From Mobula hypostoma (Eukaryota), in the NCBI RefSeq assembly GCF_963921235.1, contig NC_086097.1, forward strand, positions 145,082,001-145,146,000: a stretch of 64,000 bases of DNA, given 5' to 3'. Of the stretch, positions 49,950-63,258 are shown piece by piece. A program made the position numbers and the translations under genes. The notes under the pieces were generated by a model. That model did no database searches, was not told where the DNA came from, and saw only the letters and a list, made by a program, of their open reading frames with translations. Every line of letters starts with the position of its first letter. The stretch's first letter is position 1.

Positions 49950-50940
49950 CACTCATTTTCTTCTTCTGGATCTCTCAGTCTCCATTTTGGGCACCAGACT
50001 TGCCACTGACATCACCTATAAATCTAACGTCTCCCACAACTACCTTCACTATACTTCCTCCCACCCTTTCCCTGTAAGGACCATCCCTTTATCTCGTCTC
50101 TGCCTTACTCAAGTTGAAGTCTTCTGCTCTTCAGCCTTTGAACAGTCTTCTGGAAACATGACTTCCCCTTTGTTCTAAGTGATGGAGATGTTGCATACAT
50201 CTCCTCTATTTCACACAAGTCTGCTCTCACCTGCTCCCCCTTCAGGTGGTACAGCAATGGATTTCCCTGATCTTTACATTTCACCTCACCTAGGTCCATA
50301 TCCAACACCTTATCCTGTGCCATTTACACCAACTCCAACATGATCCCACCACAGTCCCATCTCATCCTTCGACCCCATTTTTGCTCTCCACGGGGACCCA
50401 CTATATGCATGATGCCCTTGTCCTCTTATCCCTTTCTATCCATCCCCCTCTGTCCCTTGACACTTCTCACTGCAGCCATAGGAAGTGTAACACCTGTCTC
50501 TTACCTCCTCCATTACCACCATCTAGAGACATGAAGTGCCTTTCCAGTTGAGGTAGAGGTTCATCTGCACCTCTTCCAATCTGGTCTAATGCATCTTATA
50601 TCTCACGAAATGGCCGCACGTAAATTGGTGAAGCCAAGCATAGATTTGATGACCATTTTGCAAAGTACCTACATCCTGTCTACAAGGGGCATCTCAGGCT
50701 TCTGGCTGCATGTCGTTTTAACCCTCTTCCCCACTCCCTCACTGATCTATCTGTCCTTGACCTTTCCCATTGTTGCAGGAATACCAAACGTGAATTAGAA
50801 GAATTCATATTCCATTTGCTGAGGAAACCCTGCATATCAGGCAGCTTCTGTGGAAAGGAAGACACAGCCAAGTTGAGCAGTCCTGCCCGAAACATCAATT
50901 ACTCCTGAAGATGGTTCTTGGGCCTGAAATGTCCATGAGA
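49950..50940 (+). mobile_element. Old Neptune-type PLE fragment
   Basis: LATDITYKSNVSHNYLHYTSSHP, GIY-YIG remnants and a hammerhead-like remnant near 50905-50935. Confidence 0.65.
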
Positions 50941-51319
50941 TTAAGCCGACATTAGGAGGACATCAGAAAGACAGTGGTGTCTGCATCTACCACACTCCAG
51001 ATTATATGCTGAAGGAGGGTGTCCAATTTTGGTGGAACTGGGTGACTGCTGAAGAAATATTTCTGACCTAACCAACAATCTAGATACTGAGGGTAGACTG
51101 CTAACCCTGCAGTGACAATATCGCACTTCAAAAGCAAATCCCTGGTGTCCCATCATCAGTTGGGACTGAATTTAGAATGGTAATTCTTTGGCCTACGTAT
51201 GTGGAAGACTATGTGGTAATATAAAGCAGAGACTGGGAACTTGTTTAGTTTGTTTGTTTCTTTTTACTCTTTTGGGTTTTTTTTATTCTGTCATTTTTCA
51301 TTACCGTTGGGTGCCTGTC

Positions 51320-51843
51320 ATATCCAACGATGACAGGAGACCTGTGTAGGAGAGTTATTAAAGTAGAAAGGCAGTTGCATTCGAGCAGTTCCACTCTCTT
51401 GACCTTGGAAGTCCGGATTCAGTGGTACGAGTAGTCGTGACAAACTGGGATCTTCCTTGGTTGTAGTGGATGAGTATGACTTCCTCTGTGCCTTGTCATA
51501 CCCTTCACTCTCAACAAAGTGTTGGAAAACCACCTTCATGACCACTGGGTCTCACAGTTGATCTCATCCACCCAGTCCACCAGAGCTGACTTGACATGCT
51601 AGGACAGGCGTGCCCCTACTTCACTGGGGTATGAGACCCACCACCTAGCCCCAGCTGGTTTAGCCCACCTGTCGAAGCAGTGTACCGGGGTGAGACCGCT
51701 GTTGCATACTAACAGCTACTTGGAGCCGTAGATGAAAGCTGAGGTTTAGGTGGGGCCCAAAGGTAAGTGGGCTGTCCTAGAATAGACATGATAAGCTCTT
51801 TCATCAGAGGAGCCACCGTTGCATGCACACCCCATACACCCCC
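51320..51843 (-). mobile_element. Short RTE-5'UTR-like non-coding element (copy 1) with a degenerate HDV-like fold
   Basis: Colinear with 59085-59576 (cagctacttggagcc, ggtgggg..ccaaaggta, cacccca). Confidence 0.65.
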
Positions 51844-52545
51844 TTTCATTATTAACAGAATGATATATGGCAGCTTTGGCTGATACCAATTTTAATTCTG
51901 CCTTGCGTCATGTAGAAGCTCAGTAAGTTTGTGAAATAAGCATGCAATCGAACTGCTGTTTCAGAATTCTACAGGACCTCATGAATGAAGGACACTATTA
52001 GCATTTCTTTTGTTAGCTTATTTTATCATCCATTCTCAATATCTTAAAGGGGCTGAGATGGCTCTTACTTTCAGAACCGGTGACAAAATCTCAATTCCTG
52101 AAGCAGGTAAAATATTAAGTGGCATAAGTTCTTCTGTAGGTTCATTGCAGTAAAATGGGGCTGGGCTTTACCACCTGACATGTGGAAGTTAACCCCACAT
52201 TTTTTGAAAGACATCAATAGTCCTTAAACTGAGATACATGGATAACTTATTTATTTTCTGATAAAGATTGACCAGAACTCTGATCTACTTCAGAAATTGC
52301 TAATATTTTGTTACTATTCATTGGATTGCAGTACTTTGTATGTATGTTATAGATTCCATGCCACTATACAAAAAGTACATAGAGTCTTTCCAGAGCCCGA
52401 ACAAAAATCCACTCACAAACAATGTCATTTATAAAAACTTATTGAATTTCATTGCTGTTTGAAGTTTTTTTTAACAGGTGCCTGCTAATATGAGGACAAT
52501 TACTTACTTCATAATAAATAACTTTACGTGAGGTACTTTGGGATA

Positions 52546-54233
52546 CAGTGGATTCTATTTAATTAGGACACATCGGAACAAGTACATTTTGACCCAATTG
52601 ACCGACTGCTCCAATTAGTAGAAGAAGTTTAATGGGATTAGTTAAGAAGGTATAAAAAGACAAACTACCATTTAACTGAGTTACAAATTATATATTTAAA
52701 TGAAGTACAGAACAAATTAAAGCACTGCCAATATTACTACAGTACTATGAAACTGCATTAGTTTGCAATGGTTATTGACAGAGGAATTCATCAAGTGTAT
52801 GCTGCCATGCTCTTTTGATTGACTGTAAAATAACAAAATCAGCACAGACACCTAGTGCAAATAATGGACTGCCTTCATTGCCTTCCTGCAAGAGCTAGTG
52901 TTGTAATCCAACAATAAATGTCCTGGCATCCTGTGTAGTCACTAGCTCAGGTTCAGTTGTGTCATCCCCATCACTTCCCTCATCTTCATATTCTCCTCCT
53001 TAGTGTTTTGATACAATGCTTTTGACGATTGCATCATCAAAATCTTCATTTTCATTGTAATATTTTAGATGACTGTCAATACCTTCAAATTTTTCATAGT
53101 TCCTAACTTATTGAAGTAGTGGAATCATTTCATTGTAACTCCCAACCATTTCCGGCATCTTCAAGCCTGAATGCTTGAAACCGCAGTGAGCAAAACACTT
53201 CTGAATCATCTTGCTGCTTACTTCTCACTAACTATCACTAATAAACTGTATTGTTTGTAAAAGGTTAAACCTTACACTCAATTTCTTGGCTGCTGAAGAA
53301 GATGTCAGTAGATTTTCTTCAAGTGCTTCAAAAATGTGGTTCATCAAACTCCACGATACAACTCCTTTATGTTTTTTATGAACCTTTTATGCATTGGCTG
53401 CACCAAGGATGTTGTGTTGGCAGGCAGAAATTCCAGTTGCATAGTATGTTTCTCAAACATTCTACATTAAGGTGTGCTGCACAATTGTCAACAAGCAGAA
53501 GAATTTTGCTTAAATTTTCCTGTAGCTGCATATCTCAACTCATTAGCCATTTCTTAAAAGTTTCCAAAGCCATCCACACATCCTTTTTAGCATAGTGCTC
53601 AATTGGTAAACTATCCATTCTTAGCAACTTAAAGCATTAAGAATTAATGTTTTTCCTAATAACCAACAATTTATTTTTGTCAGTACCTGACATATTAGAC
53701 ATATTAGGTTCCTTGAACCTGATAGTTTTGCATATTTTTAGCAAAGAAAGGGACATTTCCACATTTTTGTTGTTGTCCCTTATGTAATGCTCATTCTTCT
53801 CACAGCTTATCTTGCTGATGCGTCAAAAGTGTAATTGTAGATCTGGGCACTCTTATTATCTCTGTCAACTGACGATGAGTGGTGTTAGATGGATGGCTTT
53901 TAATTTGGTCTAATAGGGCAATTTTCTTGGCTAGTGTCAAATATTTTCATGGCAATGGTCTCACATACAAAATTATCAAAAATCACTGATTCTGAATCGG
54001 TGTCCATCAGCCTAAATGGATAACATAACTCAAGCACACGCAAGTGATGCAACTGTCCGTTCTAAGCACGGTGTAGTGTCTAATGGTCACACAAGTGCAC
54101 AATCATTTCCTGTCCCAATTAAGTGGTATATTGTCCCAAATAAACAAAGATAATCCCGACTATTATCTCAATTAGTCCTTGTTCTTTAAGAGTTGTCCCA
54201 AATAAGCAGCTGTCCCAATTAACCAATCCACTG
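52546..54233 (-). mobile_element. Tigger/pogo-like DNA transposon, disabled
   Basis: TIRs cagtggatt / aatccactg with TA at 52544-45. The minus strand reads KILLLVDNCAAH (about 53472-53507) and LLVIRK...LPIEHYAKKDVWM, which are pogo DDE-type motifs. Confidence 0.82.
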
Positions 54234-54687
54234 TGTTTATAAGATGTGACAAGGTTGTCTATAGGCATATGTGCTCTGTTACCACACTACCTTAACACTA
54301 TCCCTCCAAGGAATCCCACAAGATTCTAGAACAGATGTTTTAAGATTAGGTATGATCTGTCAATTCACAAACTGCTTGGAAGAAACACTATATACTTCCT
54401 TGAAGACTGCCATTTTCAAAGATAAATCAAGCAAATTTGGATCATCTCCATGAAATTGGTAACCACTTGTCCACATTGAGGCCAGGAGAAAACCTTCCCT
54501 ATTCTGAGAAATTTTGCTGCCTCTCAACCAAAGACACAGATTAAGGTTCCTGAAGTTAGTTCAGAATATCTTCAAACATGCCCCAGGAAAGTTGTTGTGC
54601 TGTGTACTATGGGCAGAAGAAATAACTTGAGAAGTTCCTGAGTCAGAAATACTGTAGCTCTAGAAAGTTCTGATTTCATTCGTCAAA

Positions 54688-55020
54688 GGTGACCTGATAG
54701 AGATAGAGTGGACAGCCAGCACCTTTTTCCCAGGGTTAATAAGAGAGGGCATAATTTTAATGTGACTGAAGGAATGTATAGGGGATATCAGAGGTAAGTG
54801 TTTTTATACAGAGAGTGCTGAGTACATGGATGGCAGTAGAAGTAGATACATGAAGGGCATTTAAGACACCCTTAGGTAGGCACATAGATGAACGAAAAAT
54901 GGAGGGTTTTGTGGGAGGGAAGCATTAGATCAATTTTAGAGAAGGTTTAAGGGTTGGCACAACATTATGGGCTGAAGGGCCTGTACAGTCCTGTACTGTT
55001 CTACATTCTATCTTCTATGT
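54688..55020 (+). mobile_element. Old CR1 3' fragment
   Basis: ggtgacctgatagag...gggctgaagggcctgtacagtcctgtactgttcta tail. Confidence 0.65.
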
Positions 55021-55749
55021 GGAATTTCTATCCAATATTTTCTTCTACCGTCCTATCCACCATTAGTTAATTAATCAATTAAATATTAGTTACATTATTC
55101 ATTGCATTTATTAAATTGATATTAAAATATAATTTAAATAAATGACACAATTAACCATTAGTACAAGGCAATCCTTTAAGATCAAACATATTCTGTATAA
55201 ATCCATGAGTACTTTGGTCACTTTTCCTGCCAACCAAATTATTAAGCATGCTACGACCTTGACAGTCCTTCATGTTTTGTTTGAATAAGAAACACTGGTG
55301 AACTAGTGACTTAAAATATGCAGCAGCAGGTGAAATTCTTGTTAGAAAAATTAAGTCCAAGTATTTAACGGACATTATTCTCCCCCAGAGGAAGGGACGG
55401 AAAAATTCCAAGACATCAATCACAATTCCCTCTGGGTAAAGGACTCTCAGTGCATGTTCAGTGATAACAGCTGGCAGGAAGGAATAGGCCAGTTCTTTGA
55501 TCGCACGGATGATGGACATGGTTGCCTTTTTCATAAATTGAGGATGTGTGAATTGAAAAGGAGGTCACATCAGATGATTTGGTCACGTCAGTATAATAAA
55601 TCCTCAATTAGAACTAAAAACTGTGGAAATAATCAGCCATGGAAGAAACATTTGTTAACTTTTGAATGTGGGACCTTTGCCAGAATCGTGGTTATGGCTG
55701 CATGGGTCTGTAGTGGTCATCATCATGGGGCTGCAGATCAACGGTCCCA

Positions 55750-56055
55750 CAGTGCAACAGTGAACAGAGATGCTGCCTCGCGATGCTAGAGACCCAAGGA
55801 CAATCCTGACCTCAGGGGATGACTGTGTGGAGTTCGCATGTTCTCCCTGTGGCTATGTGAGTATCCTTTGAGTGCTCCAGTTTCCTCCCACATCCTAAAG
55901 TTAGTAGGTTAATTAGCTTTTCTAAATTACAGCTGTAAATTAATAAGAATGTGGCAAGCATAGACATGGAATGAATGTAGCTCAGGTGTAAATGGGTGGA
56001 TGACGGTCAGTGGGGACATGGTAAGCTAAACGGTCTATGCTTCTGTGACTCATTG
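55750..56055 (+). mobile_element. V-domain SINE
   Basis: ctgtgtggagttcgcatgttctccctgtg...gtgctccagtttcctcccacatcctaaag core. Confidence 0.7.
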
Positions 56056-58431
56056 GATTGAAAAAGAAAAGGATCTAAAAAGGAAACAAGCAATCATGTA
56101 AAACCTTTGATGCTGGAAAGCACATCAAGGTATTACACAGGAGCATCAAACTGACGCTGACAAAATGGGAGAATTAGGTCATGTGAGCAAAACCTTAGGC
56201 AAAAAAATAACGCCAACTCTTAAAGGAGCTGTAGGAGTGTGAAGGAGGGTGTTCGAGAGCTTATGGTCGAGATAGTCAAAGACATGGTTGCTAATATTGG
56301 GAAAGGAAGTGAAGCAAGTAAAATAAATTAGGATTGGAGAAATGTTGAATTATTATTGAAAGACCAGGGGACGTTACAGAGGTGAAGTACCAATGAAGTA
56401 TTTGAACAAGTGGTACAGAATATTGAAATCAATGTGTTCCTGGACTGGGAATTAATAGAAATGGTTAAAGCAAGAAAAACTGAGAGCCCAGACTGCTAAT
56501 AATTTCACAGGGATGGAAGATAATTTCGCAGGCAGGGGGATAAAGGGATCAGCCATGATGAAATGCTGGGGCAGACACGACAGCCAAATGGCCGAGTTCT
56601 GCTCCTATGTCTCTTGGTCAGTTGTCACTAATATAGTAGAAAGTCAAAGAGTAGGGAAGTTCCAGAACAATTGGTGAATAATTTGTTTATAATTTTAACC
56701 TATGTTTTCCATAGTCAGAAACATTTAAAATGTTTAAATCCAACACTGCTGCGTATCCCAAACTCTGAGACCAGGGAGGTAATGAATTTGCAAGGAAAAA
56801 CACAAGATGGCAGAGCATTAACTCAGCTGCTTTTTCTGTCAAAGACTTGTTATTCATGTGAAATTGATGAGGAGAGTGCAGCATTTTGTGAATTTCTGCT
56901 GACTGAATTTAGTTATGATGGATGCAGCACACCACCAATCCATTGGAGTATGAGATAAATAGTGGAATGAACCTTGCAGGGTGTGAGAAAGTTTGTTGTG
57001 CTTCAGGCACAATAACAGGAGGCAAATATGGACAATCTGTTTGATGCTTACTTCTTTTAAAAAGTACCAAAAAAGTAACAAAAGAAAGTACATATATACA
57101 GGGAAGAAAAAAGGCTTATTCCAACACTGTAAGAATATCCTGATTCATAACCAACAAAGGCTTATTTGCGCAATTTTAAATAATGCAAGAAGACTTGCAG
57201 GTGAAGGTCCTTTTTAAATCTTTTTCTCATGCCACACTTTCTCGAGTTCAGTAAGCAAATGGACTTGCTGGCAAGGAACCCTTGGGAATTAAGGTAGAGA
57301 AACACTGAAGCAGTCTATTTGACCTGAAGATATTGCATATTTCTTTATTTTGCAGTTAATATCTTAGAATTGAAGAAAAAATATACATGTATTTAAGAGG
57401 CAAAATCTGAAAATTTTCAGCAAATCTTGAAGGATGTACGAATCCGTCATAGCATCAAAACTCCTAAAGCAGTTCTGACCCATGTGTAATCTGCTTATTC
57501 TTTCACAAGTGAGTAGATAACATAGTTTATGGTATTCCCTAGGACTTTGCAATAAAGTCTTTTTCTAGAGCTAATAATACTCAATATAAAATCAAGAGGG
57601 AAGGTCATCGAGGTTGTTCGGTAAAGTGAGACTATTGTAACGCTAAGTAGAGACATAAGGAAGAGAGACATCTGGAAGGCTGAGCTCAACTGACTGCAAC
57701 AACACAGTATCCTTTGTAATTTTGGTTTTGGCTGTAACTATGCATCATTTAACTTGTAAAAAATGGCAAGTGTTTGACTCTTGGTCCAAGAATTCATCCT
57801 TGGCAGATATGTCATATAGTATTACAAAATTTACATTCCTAACAGAACCAAGTCACACAGATCAGGAGAGGATGTAAGAAAACTTGGACAATGACTGTCA
57901 AGTAATTCAATGCCCTAGTGTTGAAACATACTTGTATAAGTGTAAATCAGAAATTATCCAACTGGCATTTCTTTGGAATGTGGTTTAATGCTGTGAGGAA
58001 AATGTACCACGTTTACCCTTGGCTCGGTGGTGACATTCTCGCCGCTGACTTTGAAATATTTTGAAGTTGAAGCCCCATGGTAGATTTGAGCACTGACCTT
58101 TCAGTACTCAACAGCTGGACCACTGTGGCCTCTCAAATGAGATACTAAGCCGGAATTCTGTTTGCTCTTCTGAACAGAAGCATTCCCCATATATCATGCT
58201 TTAAAATAAACTCTAATCAAGTCACTAACTGATTAACTAACTAGTTATATAATTACTAGTTGTGCAAGTATTGGCTGCATTATCTGCATGCAACAATAAT
58301 CACGCTTTGAAAGTAATTACTTGGTTTTCCAAGCAATTTTGGAAGTCTAATGTACATTCTAATGTATATTTGCACATTTTATCGGAAACTTATACAGGCC
58401 AGCAGCACAAATCTTAAGGAATAAGACGTTT

Positions 58432-58800
58432 ATAGAGCTTAAGGAGCAGTTACTTTCCCTCATCCATCAGCCTCTTGAACCAGAGGAGATAACTTCACTC
58501 TACTTCACTCATCCGACCCTGAACTGGTTTCACACCAAGGGACTCATTTTCAAGGACGTTACAGCTCATGTTCTCAACATTTATTTCTTTATTATTATTA
58601 TGACTATACTTTTCTCTTTTTTGTATTTGCAATTTCTTGCTTTTTGCACATCGGCTGTTTGTCTTTGCAGTTTTTCATTGATTATATTGTGTTTCTTTGT
58701 ATTTACTGTATATGCCTGAAAGAAAGTGATTCTGAGGGTAGTATATGATGACATATACTGTATGCACTTTGATAATAAATCATTTCAAATATTTGAACTT
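58432..58800 (+). mobile_element. L2/Rex1-type LINE 3' tail
   Basis: catcagcctcttgaaccag...gtatatgatgacatatactgtatgcactttgataataaa, similar to the tails at 46570-46900 and 59920-60115. Confidence 0.6.
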
Positions 58801-59084
58801 TAAGACAGTATCCACTATAAGGTTATTAAAAAAAAGTTGCATGCCACAACTTTAAAAATCCATCAGTGTCTATCACTGAAGTCTTGGTTAATTATTATTC
58901 TTTATCCCACACCTAAAACAGTTAAGTACTGTATTATAATTCTTTCTGTAAGTGGTTGTGAAAGAGCAGGGAAATTGATTAGATTTTTAAAAGGTGTAAT
59001 TAATATTGTGGTAGTCCTTTGGATTCGAAGAAGACACGCTGTTATGCAGTTCATCTGTGGAAAAACTTCTGTGATGAATCGCAC

Positions 59085-59576
59085 AACAGAAACCTGTGTG
59101 TGATGGTGGAACAGCCATTGTACAGGGGCAATCCCACTCTCTTGGCAGAAGAGACCTTGATCCAGTGACACGGACAACCAGTACGGCTGGAGAGCTCTCC
59201 TGCTTCAGTGGATGACCAGGACGTCTAAGTGCCTTGTCGTGCTCTTAGCGCCCCACAATGCCTACTGGGCCTGTCTTCTTGACCGTTGGACCATTAATCA
59301 GTCTCCTCCGCTCAATCTGCCAGGGCCAGACTTCACACGCTGGGATAGACAGATCCCCTACCTCACCGAAGGTCGAAGATCCGTCAGCTACCCTCACCTG
59401 GTTTGGCCTGTCTGCCGAGACGGTTTACCAGGGTGTGGCCGCTGCGCGTATTACAGCTACTTGGAGCCACAGGTGAGAGCTGAGCACCAGGTGGGGACCA
59501 AAGGTAGAGGAGCTGCCCTGAAAAGGGCACAGCAGGCCCCCCACCAGAGGTGCTACCCCTCCCTAGACACCCCATA
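59085..59576 (-). mobile_element. Short RTE-5'UTR-like non-coding element (copy 2)
   Basis: Colinear with 51320-51843; no RT sequence. Confidence 0.65.
59393..59573 (-). ncRNA. Putative HDV-like self-cleaving ribozyme
   Basis: Hand fold: P1 GGGGUGU/ACACCCU, P2 CUCACCUGU/AC-C-AGGUGAG, P3 GGC/GCC, L3 UCCAAGU plus an inserted hairpin, P1.1 CC/GG, P4 GUCU-CGGC-AGAC and J4/2 G-C-C-A-A. Confidence 0.7.
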
Positions 59577-60710
59577 ACTAATAAAAGAGACAATATTGAA
59601 CAGTTCATGTGGAGAAATACTAATCCATTATAGAGATTTTGTCGCCCAATATTTCAAGACAAATTTATGTAAATCAATCCTGCATTTGCTTACAGGAATC
59701 TCATAACAATTCTTGCCAATTGAACCACTTTGTTGCTGTAGTGCAGGAAACACTAAGAGCTAAACTAGAGCTCTCTAGGAAGAAACGGAGCCAGCATCTG
59801 TACCTACAACTATACGCACATCATCACTAACGGTGCTATAATGCTGATCTGTTTTATTTTTGCGACCAGAAGCAGGTGGAGAGACTTTGCCTGGGATAAG
59901 GGAAGGATCCCTTTATTTGGGTTTGCTGCAACATGTCAGATTCACAGTTTGTTGTCTTTTGCACATTGGTTTTTTGTCCAAACTGTTGTGTACAGTCTTT
60001 CATTGATTCTATCATGATTCTTGGATTTACTGAGAATGCCCGCAAGTAAAAGAATCTCAGGGGTGATACATATGTACTTCGATAAAAAGTTTACTTTGAA
60101 CTTTGAACTTTGAATTTCCAAAAGGACCTTCACTCCAATGAAGTGCAGAAGTAGCATATTTGAACTAATCATAGAATTCATAGAACAGTACAGCTCAAAA
60201 TGACCCAAAATGTTGAGCTGAGCCTTTAACCTGCTCCAAGATCAATTTACCTCTTCCCTCCTATATAGCTCTCCATTTCTCCTTCCTTCATCAATGTGCA
60301 TATTAAAAGCTACCTATTAGCTCAATCAAATCTGCAGGGAAGCATTTCTCTACATGAGCGGACTGATCTGATTGTAAATGCCTTTCATTCATTGCATCTT
60401 CCTAAACGTTAATTTTCTATTTCCTCTAACTACATATCTTTCTCATTTCCCATACGCTTTAATGTCTAATTCACTCAGCTATTCACTTACCACTCCTACA
60501 ATAAACCAGTTCTGATTTTCTAATTATATTCTACAGCAATTAAAATATCTTGTCTTTCAAACAACTATACTATTCCCTCTTAAAATAATACAGACTCAAC
60601 TTCATACAGTTTATGATGCATCTCCACACTTCTCTGCAGAGTATGTGGTAACAACTCACTGATGGGTCATTCTGTTTAATCTCCTGTTTGTTGGCTTTGT
60701 CATAGCCAGT

Positions 60711-62570
60711 TTAGATAGATAGATAGATACTTTATTGATTGCAAAGGAAATTACTGTGTCACAGTAGCATTACAAGTGCACATTTATACAAATATTAGAA
60801 GAGAAGTAAGAAAAAATAAAAATAATTTACCTTAAAAATAAGAAGTACAAAATTACTTCCCCAGCTATAGGTTGACTCATTGTAGAGCCTAACGGCCAAG
60901 GGTAAGAATGACCTCATACAGTGATCTTTGGAGCAGTGCACTTGTCTTAATCTATACTGAAAGTGCTCCTCTGTTCAGCTACGGTGGCATGCAGAGGGTG
61001 AGAAACATTGTCCAGAATTGCCAGGATTTTCTGCAGGGTCCTTTGTTCTACCACAGCCTTCATTGTGTCCAGTTTGACCATTTAACAGAGCCAGCGTTTC
61101 TAATCAGTTTATTGAGCCTGTTGGCATCACCCATATTGATGCCATTGCCCCAGCACACCACCGCATAGAAGGTTGTACTGGCAACATCAGATTGGTAAAA
61201 CATGTGAAGGAGAGGCTTGCATACTCCAAAGGACCTCAGTCTCCTCAGGAAGTAGAAATGACTCTAAACCTTCTTGGACACAGCCTCTGTGTTGGTGCTC
61301 CACACAAGTCTGTCATCCAGGTACTTGTGGGTCCTCACCACATCCACATCCTCACCGTCAATAGTATCAAGGAGCAATGCAGGCTTGGTCTTCCTAAAGT
61401 CCATCACCATCTCCTTTGTCTTACCGATGTTGAGCTGCAGATGATTCAACTTCCATCATTTGACAAAGCCCTCCACCAGGGCCCTGTATTCATCCTCCTG
61501 TCCTCCCTTTATACACCCAACTATTGCGGAGTCATCAGAGAATTTCTGCAGCTGACATGATTCAGTGTTGTACCTAAAGTCTGAAGTATACAGGGTAAAC
61601 ACGAAGGAAGCCAAACTGTGGCCTGCCAGTCAGGTAGTCTATTATCCAGGATACAATGGAAGTGCCAACCTGCACTGAACGGTGCTTTTCCCCCAGTGAT
61701 GACGACTGTATGGTACTGAAAGCATTAGAATAATCAAAAAACATGATCTTCACAGTGCTGCCCTGCTTATCCAAATGGGAGTAGGTCTGTTCAGCAGGTA
61801 GATGACAACATTGTCAACTCCAATTTGCTTCTGGTAGGCAAACTGTAGGGGATCAAGGGCTGATCTGACCAGGAGTCAGAGGTGAGCCAGAACAAGCCTC
61901 ACTAGGATCTTCATGATGTGTGAGGTCAGGGCCACTGGGTGGTCATCATTTATGACTTTCGGTCCGCCTTTCTTGGGTTCTGGGTCCACATATGATGTTT
62001 TCCACATAGTCAGGACTCTTTCCAGGCTGAAACTCAGATTGAAAATAAGCTGGAGAACTCCACACAGCTGCTTAGCACACTCCTTCAGGACCTTGGGGTT
62101 CACACCTTCCGGTCCCAATGCTTTGCAATGTCTATGTTCCCCCAGAGCCCTTCTCACATCTCAGTAGAGAAGGTGAGTCCATGATGACTGGGAAGTTGGT
62201 GAAAGGTGGGGGCTGGGGGAGGTGAAGATCGGAACAATAGCAGTTGGTATGTGGTAGGTGCAGGGGAAGGAAGGGGTGTGGACATTTGTAGCCTGTGTTC
62301 TTCATCCACATGTTGAACTAAGGGGGGAGGAGGGAAGGGGCAGGCGTTGGTGCTGAGGGAGCATTGGGTGTCTTGACACCTGTGTTGATGTGCTGAGGGG
62401 AGTATGAACAGGAGGGTGATTGTCAAACCTACTGAAGAATTGGTTTAACTTATTAGCCCATTCACGACTACAGTACAAGGCTCTACAGCTAGTCTGATTG
62501 AAGCCAGTGATGTGCTTTATGCCTCTCCACACCTCCGGTGTACTACTCCACCCAAGTTTGTTCTCCAAAG
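60711..62570 (-). mobile_element. Rex1/Babar-type LINE, 5'-truncated and disabled
   Basis: KALGPEGVNPKVLKECAKQLCGVL...PVALTSHIMK, VKIMFFDYSNAFSTIQ and NHLQLNIGKTKEMVMDFRK, with a (ctat)n tail at 60711-60729. Confidence 0.9.
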
Positions 62571-63258
62571 TCAGTTACTACAAATGAATTCGAAATACTA
62601 CACATTGGAGGTAGGAAAGCTAAAAGTATTATAGGTTTTATCACAATATATCACATTTAAAAAGCCAAGAGGTAGCAACAATGTTGTACTGTCTCGTGTT
62701 TTATGAAGATACAGTAGTGGTATATTACATAAGTCAATGAGGTCCGTCCAGAAAGAAAAAAGTAAATGAAGTTCAAGAGCAATGAGAGAAATTACTTCAC
62801 ACTTCAGGTTTCTGATATACACATATTATATCACTATGTTTAAAAAGCTCTTAGCCACTATAGACAAGGGACATCCCCCAGTCCAAAGAATTTGGGCATG
62901 GTTTGACAGAGTTAAGGCTTGGTGCCATTCTGTGCCTTCCCTCCTACTACCCACACAGTGAATAATTGTGCCAAGTTTTGCCAATGCCAACTGTCAAAAA
63001 TGCCAAAGTTCTTCCTTGCTAATCCTCCAGCTAATGTCCACTCTAATTTTCAGTGCAGGAGCAGAGTGTTATTTGAATCTGAACCAATTAACATGCAAGT
63101 CCAAGTCGACAAAAACAGGCCAAGCTCATCTTAATGCACTGTAGAAACAAGTAACCCAGGCATTGGAATAGAAAACCTACTGTAGACAGGTTCTAAGAAT
63201 GCAATAACAACCACATTTGCCTGGAAATCACACTGATTTCCAAACAGTATATATCAAA

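Noticed and set aside
55151..55534. 127-aa minus-strand ORF as a host gene
   Set aside because: No recognisable motif or homology; the length is compatible with chance.
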